A stretch of DNA of 64,000 bases from Octopus sinensis (lineage: Eukaryota): contig NC_043013.1 in NCBI RefSeq assembly GCF_006345805.1, positions 21,142,001 through 21,206,000 of the forward strand. Direction: 5' to 3'. The translations under genes and the position numbers were made by a program. Position 1 is the first letter of the stretch; every line of letters begins with the position of its first letter. Under the pieces are notes generated by a model. The model ran no database searches, was not told the DNA's origin, and saw only the letters and a list, made by a program, of their open reading frames with translations. Below are positions 11,366 through 24,741 of this stretch, piece after piece.

Positions 11366-13683
11366 TACATATATATGAAATGATTCCAAGAAAACACCCT
11401 CCCCCCAGTACTTGTTACTCCGTCCCGTTAACTACTACCACAGCAACTGTGACAATCTATTCCACTACCACCCACACAACCAACACCGCTAACAGCTTCA
11501 ACAGAACATTTCTGTTCATTTAGCTGTTACTATGGCACCATCAGCTGTCAGATACGAAAGAGAATACATATACACACTCATATATATATATATATATATA
11601 TATCATTCTGATAGGTATAAACATACATGTTCATACTCAGACATATCCACAGATATGTATATATACATACGCACAAATATATACATATATATACACACAC
11701 AAACACGCACATATATATACACACATTAACATTATCATATATACATATGCAGACATACACCACACAAAAAGACCTATTTACTCTTAAATAAACGTTTTGT
11801 TGCACATTGCTATATACGTACACAAGCGTCTACACACACACACACACATGCATCAATACATATACTTATACAAGTACATACACAGTTACATCCATATATT
11901 TACATATATTCACGCACGCATTCATAAACCACCTCCATCCACACTCCTAACATAGACATTATAAACAGACACACACATGCATACACACACACGTTCATCC
12001 ACAATTGTACCACACTCCTACACAGAAACACATAACATGAACACTTACAGTAACACATACATACTCACACTCTTACTAGCAGACAGCCACCACACTCACA
12101 CATACTTTCATCCACGTAGAGCTTTGCACACACATATAGCGAAACACAACAACCACGTTTACTGGCTCACCCACACCTATACACACATTAACCTTGGATT
12201 AATAAGAAAATATTTCATTTCGAGACGATGTAGTAACCCCATGGCACATGACTAAATGTGATTAATTTTGTCTTTGTAAGTACAGTTCGAAACCAACCGA
12301 AATCGACTTTATTTCTCCTGAGTCGATAAATTACATACTAGTTATTATTTAACTTAATTAGATTGTAGCATCGAGTACATTGAAAGCATTATCTCCACCG
12401 CGAAACACAAATTAAAAAAAAACAGCAGTAGTTTACAAAATTCGAGCAAGAGCCTGACTGTCAATGACTGGAGGCCGTGACTTAGGAACAGTAACAAGGA
12501 GCTCAGATTTAGAAAATGACAAAAGCTAAAAGACGTAAAACAGGTTGATACACTTGGTAGTTCAGTAATAAGAAATGGTTTTGTGTTATTTTCTAATGAA
12601 TTAGTCAAAATCTGAAGGACAATACCCACGACTCCTTTCGCAGATTTGGGGATTGTAAAGAACGGGCAGTTGTTATCCTCGGGCCGTAGACACACAAGGA
12701 CCAGCTCGAGCTGTTAAATATGGTAACCGATTATGTGCACTTCCCAATAATAGCAGTGGTTCTTCTGAAAGGATTCCACACGATTTCTGTTTACCAGAGC
12801 TCACTCACAAGGTCATGGTCAACTTGAGAATATGCTGAAAAATACGTTTTACGCGACCTTGCAGTGGAAGCTAACTCGAAGAATCAAATTTTTAAACAAA
12901 AATTCAATTCTGGACCGTGTACAGTAGGATATTATTATTAAAAACAGTCTCGTTAAATTATTATGAACAAAACGTTAAATTATTTACTATTTTCTGCAAC
13001 ATAATTAATCGGATTCTTCTACAAAGTCCCCTGTAAACGGACCTGTTGGAATCTCCTATATTAGGAAAGACAGACAACGTGTCTGTTTCGATATAAACTC
13101 GAATAACTGGCATCTTTAAGCCTCGAAAATATCTTAGCTTTTCACAAGAACCCATTTTGTTGAGTTCTATAATTTCTCAGTCTCTCTCTCCCCTCTTTCT
13201 CTCCCTCCCTCTCACTTCATCTCTCTATAATACAAAACAAGATTTTCTTTCAAATCTTCCTCCTCTTAAGAATTTGCTTTCGCCAATACACGTGAGGATT
13301 TTGCTTAATTTCAAGGTATAAAATAACTTTAATTCTTTGCAAACATCAATTATTTCTTTTCCATTATGCTAGATGGATCTTTTGTTAATTAAATTCTCCA
13401 GGCTATTGTACAATGCGGTTGTTAATTATTCGTAACAAATATACTGGTTGGTGTAATTAGAAGCTCGGGTACCTGATTAACAAACGAAACCTTTCTAATG
13501 AGTTGCAAAACCGACTTTTGTAACGATTTCTTAATGAACATAACTACTAAAACGCTATATATAGACACGCGAACGTTGTGACAAACGCACATACAAAGGT
13601 ATACCATAAACACATGTGTATACATTCCAACAAGCATACTGGAAATTTTCAAGTGACATAAGTGTATGAATGTATAACAACCG

Positions 13684-13685
<2 letters not shown>

Positions 13686-13728
<43 letters not shown>

Positions 13729-13917
13729 ATATAATTATACATATACATATATGTATGTATGTATGTTTATATGTAGATTTATATATATATATATGTATAT
13801 AAATACACTTATAATATGTGTATATATATATGTACATATATATATATATAATATATATATATATATATACATATATATAATACATATATATATATATATA
13901 TATACATACATATATAT

Positions 13918-13967
<50 letters not shown>

Positions 13968-14044
13968 TGCATACATATGCAGTGGGAGAGGGCGAGTTTG
14001 CACTGAGAAGTGAGGATAATATTCACACGCAAGTATACACACAC

Positions 14045-14075
<31 letters not shown>

Positions 14076-14185
14076 AAAGTATATATACATACGAACATAT
14101 ATGCATATATAACACACACTAAATGCATTAAAATATATATGTATCGATACAATACTTGATACATATATGTATATATATATATATA
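13686..14185. repeat. Degenerate (TA)n/(TATG)n block
   Basis: Direct inspection. Confidence 0.9.
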
Positions 14186-14454
14186 TATGCGTGTGTGCAT
14201 GGTGAGTATGTGTATTTGCATTTGTTTATAAACATAGAAACCTACGCTGTGCAACGCGAAAGTCGGATCCCTTTATTGCACCAACTGGGAACGATCGATA
14301 AAGATTGTTTAATAACGATTATGGTTGCAACGATGCATATTTGTAATTAGGCAAACAATACATGCCGCCTCATCTATTTTACCCTGCATACACTAATCAT
14401 AGGCATGCATGCAGATGCCCACACAGATACATACATACATTCATATATATATAT

Positions 14455-14497
<43 letters not shown>

Positions 14498-14687
14498 GTA
14501 TATGTGTGTGCGTGTGTGTATGTGTGTATGATTAGTGACATGATTCATTAGAATCTAGGCATATTAGCAAGTAGGGTGTCATGAATGGCTGGGCACCAAG
14601 TATAGAGCTCATAGTGAGGTAAAAGAAAACTTGCTTGTTATATGCAGACGACAGCGTAAATGCATAGATTTAAAACTAACTTTTAGA

Positions 14688-15320
14688 GAACACTTAGCGG
14701 TGGTCCTCAGGGCAGCCCGTTTCGGACTTGTATTCAATGACTGGATCACTGCAATCTACAGCAACACCTGCTCAGTGTTCAAAGTGAACCCTCATCTCTC
14801 AGAACCGTCCAACATCATGTGCTCGGTCCGCCAAGGCTTCCTCTTTCGTCCTTGCTGTATGCATTGATTCTCGAATCACTACCACACCCACACAAGATGG
14901 AGACGTTGTGGGGCATCCTACGTGACTAGGGTTGTGGAAGATCAGTTTCGGCATATGCCGACGACATAACCGTATTGGCGTTGGAAAAATAAACAGATTG
15001 AAATGATCGGGACCGCTCTCAGGGACTACGAGGCGGTGTCAGGAGCGAAGTCTGTTGGCTTGCGGCTCGGCACCTGGAGAAGCAAGGCCATACCGTCCAA
15101 CTGCGTCGTTGGGCGCTGGACGGATGGATTGGTTAAATTACTCGGAATCTGGTTTAGTCCAGACCTCCAGATAGACAAAAACTGGGACAAGGTAACGAGT
15201 AAGGTGACTACCGTCATCCAGAAATGGGCCAAGAGGAAGTAATCCCTGTAAGATCGGGCAGATGTGGCTAACGTGTAAATCGCGTCCGTCATCTACTACC
15301 GCTTGACCGTCATGCCTTGT
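14688..15320 (+). mobile_element. Decayed L1/Tx1-clade LINE reverse transcriptase fragment
   Basis: Frameshifted translation gives SVRQG..LS.LLYALILESL, then SAYADDITVLA (YADD at 14954-14965), YEAVSGAKS, VKLLGIWF and IASVIYYRLTVMPC, all typical of Tx1/L1 RT. Confidence 0.85.
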
Positions 15321-15347
15321 CTCGGCTTCCGTCTGCTTACATTAGAG

Positions 15348-15580
15348 CAGTGGTTCTTAATCTGGGGGCGCGGCCCCTGGGGGGCATCAGTAATTTCCAA
15401 GGGGGACGCGAGCCCTTGAGAAAAAGCAGTAACTTCTCTAAGCACCGCTTACCAATTTCTACACTTATTGATCCCGCTTCATATCCCACAAAACCTTTAC
15501 TAATTCTGAATTGTAGCGTTCACATTTGCTTTTATTTTGTAATATTTTTTTTTGTAGAAGTCTCAGGTTAAGAACCAGTG
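15348..15580. mobile_element. Short hAT (Charlie-like) element, or element end bounded by inverted 13-bp termini
   Basis: CAGTGGTTCTTAA at 15348 and TTAAGAACCAGTG at 15568-15580 (12/13 inverted match). The 8-bp flanks match only 4/8. Confidence 0.5.
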
Positions 15581-16345
15581 GTATAAAGCTTAGATATTAT
15601 TATCGTGTATAAACAAACATCTTTTTCAGTTAATAGATCATAAACAAGTTTGATCCACTACTTTTATATATATGAAATAAGGTCATTCTTAAAAATCAAG
15701 AGATATTCTGAAACATTATCAAATCCTTATAGTAACATACTAAGAAATATTAATTTAAAAATTTGAAAACTATTTTTAAATTTTAGCAAGATGAAATGTA
15801 TGATAAAGTTAAGAATAGGAAATAAAGCAAAAAGTATGTGATTGTTTCTACTATTGCTCAATTTAATAAAATCTCAAAAATATTAAAACACAGATTGTAA
15901 AAATAAAAAAAATTGACAATAAAACCAAAATTTTGGATATCAAATGCTTATGATAAAAATATAATAAATTCTTTTTAAGAAAAGAAATTATAATATAAAG
16001 CCAAATGTTAAACTAAAATTCAAATTTACTTATTACAGAAAGTACTAGGTAAAACTAAAATCTATGCAAAATCTGTTCTTTTTTAAAGAAACCTTTTTTC
16101 ATATTTTTTATATTTTATATAAATAAATACAATATTTTATTGTACAAATTTTTCGTGTAACATTTCTTTTAATTTAACTTTTATTCCATTTTTCTGTTTT
16201 AATTTTTTTCAGAACTTTTTATTCCAAGCGTTCTAACTTGGTCTAGCGTTCTCAATTTGGCCTTGACATTACCTTACGCATGACTTACATTTTGTTCACA
16301 TATTTGTGTTGTCCACTACACATCAAATGATTCGCAATCAGTGCA

Positions 16346-16781
16346 AAGAAACGGAAGTAGCTTGACAAATATATTCGACTTGGATTCGTGTCCTTTCAAA
16401 AGAGTATCCTAGTATGTGATATGTTACAAAACTTTGACCAATGGTGGAATGCGACTCTCACGCCTGGAACACCACCTGAGAACAACACATCCTGCTCTTG
16501 CAGACAAGCCCAAGGCGTTCTTTGAAACAAAAAGACATTCCTTGAAGCAAGCTAAGTTGGACGGTAGTGGAGGTTTTCGGCAACAAACTTCAATGGTTGT
16601 TGAGGCTGCCTATGAGATTTCATTGTTGATTGCAAGGACCATGAAGAACCATAGCGTCGGAGAGTCTCTCATAAAACCAAGCCTACTCCGTGCAGCAGAA
16701 CTCGTTCTGGGGAAATATAGTACATACAAGCTTTCCCAGATTTCACTATCAAACGATAGAGTCAATAGAAGGATCGACGAC
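16346..16781 (+). mobile_element. hAT Charlie/ZBED-type transposase N-terminal fragment (BED finger), truncated
   Basis: KKRK*LDKYIRLGF, then ICYKTLTNGGMRLSRLEHHLRTTH, AAYEISLLIARTMKNHSVGESLIKP and LSQISLSNDRVNRRIDD. Confidence 0.85.
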
Positions 16782-17705
16782 TTCAAAGATCATGATGAGT
16801 ACACTGTGCTTCGTATATTTTACCCAAGTGTCACTTCGACGGCAGGCACTGATCCCTCATTCAGTAATGATAATAATACTCGTAATTGATTATATCGTTA
16901 GCTGCATGGAAATACATCGTCAGTAATTTTGCATAGTAACCCATCACCCGGCCTAAAATGATTTGCCCTACCAAATATACCCCCGATAATATGGTCGTCG
17001 TACTTCATACCCATAGAGCTAGTATATCGATAAACGTTCGTTAGCGTTTTTATTCGCAGAAAATTAAAATCAAAGTTCAGTTCCATCCTATAAAGGTTTT
17101 AAATATCTATGCAAAAGGGGTAATCAAGAATCTGAATTATTACCGAACATTAAACCAGCAGAACAAAAATTACACACCACAAAAACGAAATATAAAAAAA
17201 AAGCGAGAATTTAACGCATCGTCAATGGCTATAAAAGTTGTAAAGTACGAGATTATTATTTGGAAAGGAAATCATTGCTATTAATCTGTCCGTTCAGAAT
17301 GTTTCTTTCTCTCTCCAGATTTTGCTGTAGTTTTGTTACTTTATATTGTCATTTAGATTCGTATTTATTAAGTAAATCGAATTAAAATTATTTTTTATGT
17401 TTAAGTTTGTTTTTCAACGTTAATGAAATGTGACATGTTTATTTACTCTGAAACAATTATCATTATTATTTCCTCATTAAATGAAATTAAAATATAGTGA
17501 ATAAAGACTGTATTACTCTGTGTCCGAAATAACCAGTGTTAATAATGCGATTTTCGTATTTCTAATCGTTTTTCTGGTTGAAAGCGAGTTTTTTTTTTCT
17601 ATACAATTGTTTGCAAATAAAGGGGACATAATATTCCATTACATAATTGTTTTTGTTTTACTACTTCTTATACTTTTACTGGCGTTGCAGGAGGAAACTC
17701 ATTTA

Positions 17706-17755
<50 letters not shown>

Positions 17756-17760
17756 ATATA

Positions 17761-18053
17761 TCTTTATATATAAAAGAGAAGTTATGTGTCTGTCTCCTAC
17801 GATTTAGATTCCTAACTACTCCACGTTTTGCGGTGCAGTTTAACCAAACCGGGTATCTTATAGTCGTGATTCATATCGAGCCCTTCTGGGTATTAGCGCG
17901 CGTCTACGATGAGTCTACGATTTAAAAAAAAAATACCATCATTTTTTTACCATTTTTAATGCATTTTTTTGCTATTTCTTGGCTATAACTCTCTAAAAAT
18001 GCTTATATAGTTATTTCCCTTACAAACCCGAGCAACGCCGGACGATACTGCTA

Positions 18054-18054
<1 letters not shown>
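17761..18054 (+). mobile_element. Non-autonomous Helitron, subfamily 1
   Basis: A|TC start and CTAG|T end, with a subterminal hairpin (CCCGAGCAACGCCGGA). Homologous to 51547-51941. Confidence 0.85.
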
Positions 18055-18089
<35 letters not shown>

Positions 18090-18103
<14 letters not shown>

Positions 18104-18440
18104 CTGAATTTCACTGTGTATGGCAGGTTTGGTAACCTTCAGCTAACACTATCTCCTCCGAGACCCTGCAGCGCAAGTTGACCAAAATTGAGGAAAAAAA
18201 TTCAAATCGAACCATGTTAACACCAAAAATATTTTACATTAAAAAGGTGCTTTTTTTTCTATGGAAATCCCTATTTTTTACGATTTTTGACTGCTGTGTC
18301 GCTATTTTTCGGTGTATTTCAACCAGAAAAATGTTCACTTGAAGAGAATAACAAGTTACATAATGCAAAATTTTACTTTTCAAAAATTCCAATTCTAAAG
18401 GGTCGAAACAAACCCGAGCAACGCCGGGCGATACTGCTAG
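18090..18440 (+). mobile_element. Non-autonomous Helitron, subfamily 2 (5' end merged into (TA)n)
   Basis: Ends CCCGAGCAACGCCGGGCGATACTGCTAG|T; body homologous to 45465-45845. Confidence 0.85.
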
Positions 18441-18799
18441 TATATATAAAAGTTAAAACAGACAAGAGATGAACGTGTATATATAGCATTACATATTTTA
18501 TAAAAGTTATGATATAAATATAACCATAAATATAATTACTAAAACAAAAACTGCTTCGCTAATGATAATTATGGTTATGTTCATATCACGCGTTTTATAA
18601 ATGATATAATGTTATATAATGTCTTTGTCAAGTTTTGATTTTTTTCTCTCTTTACGCAATGCTTATAGGCAAATCTTCTGCAGAAATATTATTACCTTGA
18701 TTAGGGAAGTTGATTTTAATAATTTTGAAACTTCCGAGAATAAATCTATTGTTCATCCATTGTACGCTTACACTAAATAATAATTTATTTAAACGTGCG

Positions 18800-18964
18800 A
18801 TGATTTATATATATATATACATATATATATATGTGTGTGTGAGTGTGTGTATGTGTATGCATATGTATATATATATATATATATATAGTTAATCCAAACA
18901 TGAAAGCACAAAAAAAACACAACAACGCGAGGACGTGGAACAAATATAGTATTATTGGACGCTC

Positions 18965-19010
<46 letters not shown>

Positions 19011-19425
19011 AAGTATGATTTACAATATGATGTATATATATGATATGTATATATATGATTTATATATATGTTATATTTATATTAGTATTTATATATATTA
19101 TGTATGTAGCATATATATATATGTATGTATGCATTTATATGTATGAATGTATGTATATATATATATATATATATGTATATATGTGTATGTATATATATGT
19201 GTGTGTATATATATATGTGTGTGTATGTATGTATGTATATATATATATGTATGTATGTATATGTATATATATATGTATGAATGTATATATATATGGATGT
19301 ATATATATATATGTATGTGTATATATGTATGTATGTATATGCATGTATGTATATATATATATATGTATGCATGCATATATATATGTATGTATACATATAT
19401 ATGTATATATATATATATAAATATG

Positions 19426-19458
<33 letters not shown>

Positions 19459-19722
19459 GTATGTATGTGTGTGTATGTATGTATGTATGCATGTGTGTGT
19501 GAATGTGTGTATGCATGTGTGTATGTATATATATGTATGCATGTGAATGCAGGTATGTATATGTGTGTATGCATGTATGTATTTGTGCGTATGTATATGT
19601 GTATGTATGTGTACGTATGTGTGTATGCATGTATGTGTATATGTATGTGTGCATGTATGTATGTGTGTATGTGTGTATACGTATGTATGAGTGTATGTAT
19701 GTATGTATGTATGTATATATAT
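18800..19722. repeat. Degenerate (TA)n/(TATG)n/(TG)n block
   Basis: Direct inspection; it is the source of many spurious 100-200 aa ORFs. Confidence 0.95.
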
Positions 19723-21649
19723 AGGGTAAGAACTTATCTCATTTTATTGTTTCTTCCTTTGTAACATCGTGTGACACGAGAATTGTCCTTGGCTAGTAAC
19801 ATGGAAAGTATGAAAAGAGGGTAATATTTTCTTCAAGCTTTGCTTTTCTTACATTTATTCAATCCCCAAACAATCCCTCTCAACACATGCCTATGATACT
19901 ACTACTACTCTTGCTCATGATCAGAGATGCACATATTGTCAGCCACTAACGGATATGTTCAAGTGGTTATGGTCAAGCAACTAACAAACAAATCTGTGGC
20001 ATTGAGCAGAATATTTACTATAAGCATATTTCTGCTTCAGCAACCCATTGCTGAACCTATCTGAAATGTAATGGAAAATAGATCGGTTTCAAAAATCGGT
20101 TTCAAAACATTGATGCCCAGGTCACAGAAGCAAAGTTTTAAGGGAATAATAGCCAGTTTCTTTGATTTCTAGATAGAAGCAAGTAGAAAATAACACTTAC
20201 TGACCAAAGACAAAAAAAAATTAAAACTTTGTTTCACAGTGTAATATGGCAACGTGCATGTATAGTTTTTAAATATCCCAACTTCTGAAGGTGAACTGTG
20301 TTGTTTGAGGAAGGTTTAATATCTAAATGAGCAGGTATTCAGTATAGTATATATTACCTTTAAGAATTTACATTTATTACATATACGCTCTTAAAGATTC
20401 TGTTTTATGTACTCAACCTTCAAACTCTAAGTTAAATACGATAAATTAATAAAAATATGGAAACACATATGTAAAAGCATGAGTGGTTAGTGAAAAATTT
20501 TACTTGAACCATCATCATCATCCTTCCGTAAGAAATACTGGAATATTATATTGTGGGTAGCTTCGTGATTTAAGTTTAATGAAGATAGTTAAAGGGTTAT
20601 GCCGTTAAACAAACGGTGAATAATAAATACTTAATTTAGGCAAAAGTAAATGAAAGAATTTGTGAAGGTAAGTATATAGATAAGTGACTGAATAATTCTA
20701 AATTTAGCGCTTAATTTCGTTTCTCATTATTATCCTCACAATCATCATGTATTAAAATTTATTGAATCATTAGTTTCGGCTATAAGAGTGGAAATTAAAT
20801 ATAAAGAAACGTAGGTTAATGAATCAATATTATTTAAAAGGAAAAATTCTTAACAACAAACATAATCCACACACCATGATTAATGGTGTATTAAATTGAG
20901 AAGAACACGAATGAAATTTACGTTAAGAAAAAAGTGACATAAAAATATAGAAATTTAATTAAAGCTATTTTATTGGATATTAATATCAAACAGATAAAAT
21001 ATTGTAAGTATTCAGAATTTACATCAAAGTGGAGTGAAATAACTGGTATTCAAATATCAATATTTTAGACTTTTTTAAAAAGTATATCACTCAGTGTTAA
21101 ACAGAAACAATTTGTCAGCCAAAATTCGAAATTTAAATTTTAGTCATTTTTATACCAAAAAGTAAAAGAAAGAATAACCTAATGATGGTCACTAAAGTAC
21201 GATCAGCATTTTTGATTTTGATGAGGAAATCCAAAGTTTGTATATGTAGCAGGATGATAAGGAAGAACACGGGAACAGGAATATCCCAAAATTATTTACA
21301 CCACTAATGAAATTTTTACTGACCAGGCATCTAAGAAAAAGTGCCGCAATAGCTAGTCACAAACACCTTCTCTATCAAAATCATTATGTTATAACAACAC
21401 GTACCCCAAATTTTCTTAATCTAAATCTCTCAACACAAATTCTAAAGTAACAGAAAGAGTAGAAATTCTGTAAGAATAATCATTTTTATAAACACACACA
21501 CATAATCGCATATAGACATGCATATATATATATATATATAGTGAAGTATTTTTGCCACTTAAATGTGGCTAACCCCTAAGGGTGGATGCTACTGTAGCTT
21601 GTAGCCCCAAATTTTATTTAATTTGCTTTTCGCGGGAAGGAATGTTTCA

Positions 21650-21843
21650 TTAAAGTCGTGTCTCGCCTTGACCTTCGAAACGCGGAGTAGATGAAACAAA
21701 GGCGACTGAAGAAGGGGAATTTTCCTTGTATTGTATGTCCTGTACTCTATTTATTCGTTGTTTAAGAAAAATATCAATTTCCTTGGTTTTGTGTTTATGT
21801 CTTTGTTTCTCATTGTGTTCGAGGTTTTTGGGGGGTCCTGTAC
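21650..21843. repeat. Diverged relative of the (TA)n-flanked terminal repeat at 56627-58203
   Basis: Shares TCGAAA..GGAGTAGA...CTGAAGAAGGG and the terminus GTCCTGTACCCA next to a TA-rich tract. Confidence 0.45.
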
Positions 21844-21939
21844 CCAAATATGCATGTATATATACATGTAGAGGTAGGCACGTACATATATGTAGTATAT
21901 ATGCATATGTTTTATTTTATTTATTAATTTATATATATT

Positions 21940-21973
<34 letters not shown>

Positions 21974-21974
21974 A

Positions 21975-22009
<35 letters not shown>

Positions 22010-22010
<1 letters not shown>

Positions 22011-22173
22011 CGACGAGCTTCTTCCAGCTTCCCTCTACCAATTCCACTCAGAAGGCTTGGTCGGCCCGAGGCTATAGTGGAAGAAACTAACCCAAGGTGC
22101 CACGCAGTGGGACTGAAAACGGAACCATTTGATTGGTAAGCAAGCTACTTAACACACAGCCACTCCTACGCCT
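22010..22173 (-). mobile_element. 5' half of a type-A SINE
   Basis: Reverse-complement match to the type-A head and core. Confidence 0.8.
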
Positions 22174-22652
22174 ATATATATATACATATATTCGCATACA
22201 TACATATATATTTTTTCATTCGTACGTATACTTATATATGCATACATACATACATAGACATACATATATATATGCATACATATAAATAGACACATCTGTG
22301 TATGTGTAATTATGCATTATGCATACATATGTTCGGGTATAGAGATGGATAGGAACAGATAATTGTATTCACATGAAATTACGCTGGTTGATCATTCATA
22401 TGTACATTTTTATAGTGAAACAAATATTTATTTGTATATATATTACTTATTCTTGAAATAAGCAGCTTACAGAGACCTACACACCCAAACACGGATATAT
22501 TGAAGACAAAATCGATGAAATATACAGACTCAGCTACAAACTACACAGTAAACAAGTAAACTTTTTTTATGTTATTTACCAAAAAAAAATCTTGAAACGT
22601 CAACTCAGAACTCTAAGCAGAGAAAATAAATTATTTTGGCTGGAAAATGAAA

Positions 22653-22692
22653 ACAGTTACCTCGAGTTTCGCTAGTAGGCTTTTCAAACTGT
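22653..22692 (-). ncRNA. Minimal type-I hammerhead ribozyme motif (U3-A8 variant)
   Basis: Minus strand reads ACAGT-TTGAAAA-GCCTACTAGC-GAAA-CTCGAG-GTA-ACTGT: perfect 5-bp stem I, 2-bp stem II, stem III with palindromic CTCGAG, and a GUA cleavage triplet. Confidence 0.55.
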
Positions 22693-22717
22693 ATAAACAT
22701 GAAAGGTGAAGACTGCT

Positions 22718-22780
22718 AGGTGGTGGTGGTGGTGGTGGTGGTGGTGGTGGTGGTGGTGGTGGTGGTGGTGGTGGTGGTGG
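22718..22780. repeat. (GGT)n microsatellite
   Basis: Direct inspection. Confidence 0.95.
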
Positions 22781-22877
22781 TATGTGTGTGTGTGTATTTG
22801 TGCCTGTATCATATATACATATATGATATATATATGTATGTATATATGTGTGTGTGTCTGTATCATCTGTACATGTA

Positions 22878-22928
<51 letters not shown>

Positions 22929-24545
22929 GCGTGTGTGTGTTTGTGTGTGTGTGTGTGTTTACAAGTGTATCCTTCGCGTAGAATTTTGTCATTCTAAGAG
23001 AGAGATCTATGATTACTTCGTTGTGCACGTTGGTTGCAATTTAGAACATACACAATCAAACCCCTATCAACTGCTTTGTACATTCCATTGCTGCTAGTAA
23101 TTAAGCTGTAAATGTGTATTGTTCATAGCTACTTATGACTACCCTTTTTAGGATCCAAATAGTTTTGTAACTGTTGTGTCTGGCAAATCGTGTGACCACC
23201 TAGATATTTTCTATATTTGGATTTCCTTGGAGCAGATCTCTGATCAAAGGAGTTTCAGCCATATTCGTTCCGTCCGTTTTGCCAACTATACTGAATATAG
23301 ACCTAAAGATTTGGCTGCTATCTGCAGTGGGTCAAGGTACAGACTTCCTCGAGATATTTCGTCTTTCTTATGCATTGGTGTTTAGCTCCAAGAAAAATAG
23401 TCATGACGAATCTATTTTGTTTTATCAATTATTGATAATCCAATGTGCTCCTCAGGTTTTAAAGGCGATAGAGGGTGATTAGTGGGTAATAGGTCCTCTA
23501 TTTCTGCATGAGGTCTTCCTCATTCATTCACAGTCTTTTTGTCTTAAACCATTTTATTAAGACATGTAATCTCGAGAAATAACACACAATAGACTGGCGT
23601 TCCATCCAAGTTTGCAAAATTAGTTTGTGCACATCTTCTTGACAGTGTTTAGTTCCTATCTGATCAAGTTGTCTCCTGAACATTTCATAAATAGAAAGGC
23701 GTGATTTAATCGAGATCTAGCAGTTGTTTCTAGCAGTTCGTGCGACTATTTAGGCTTTCCCTATTCTTTATGTTCCCACTTCTTCAACAAGGTATTATGT
23801 AATTTTAATATATCTTGTACCGGGGATATATTGAGACTCCTCAGTGATCAGAGGTTCCCATCGTGACTTATTTCTGTCACCAAGACATTCAAATTTCAAA
23901 CAAACATTATGCAGATGCCACAAAACAATTTAACGCTGGAGCAATACTTTATAATTATTGATTTCGAACAAACACAAAGCCTCACCTACGAGAAATTAGT
24001 ATCATTGATTACATTGAGCCCAGTAGGGGACTAGTACTAGTATTTTATCGGTCTCGGAACGTTGTAAATTGAAATTAACCTGGTTAGATTTGAACTCAGG
24101 ACACAAAAAGAACGCAACCATAAAACCACTGCATCACTGTATTTAATAGCAGTTCTGTCGGCTTGATGTCTTTGATTCTATTCTGAACACGAGAAAAGTT
24201 AATTACGATGATGTCCTTCCTCGGGGCTGATTTTTCGCTCTTCCACTTTATAAAGACAACCAAAGAACAAAGAGTTGGACAAATTCTATATATTTCGTCT
24301 GATATTTCTGGTAAACGAAGAATTCTTTCTAAAGTATAAACAATATGAGAATAAAGGAAATTTACGTCAACAGTGATTATTTTTTGTCAACAGGAAATGA
24401 CGTCATTTCAATATCAACCATTGAAAGCATTGTGATAGGTTATTCCTCATATATTAGTTTAACATGCGAGTATATATTTGGCATGAGCGTGTGGATGTGC
24501 AGGTGTGTGTATTGGTGAGTATGTATGTGTGTATGTATGCATAGC

Positions 24546-24741
<196 letters not shown>

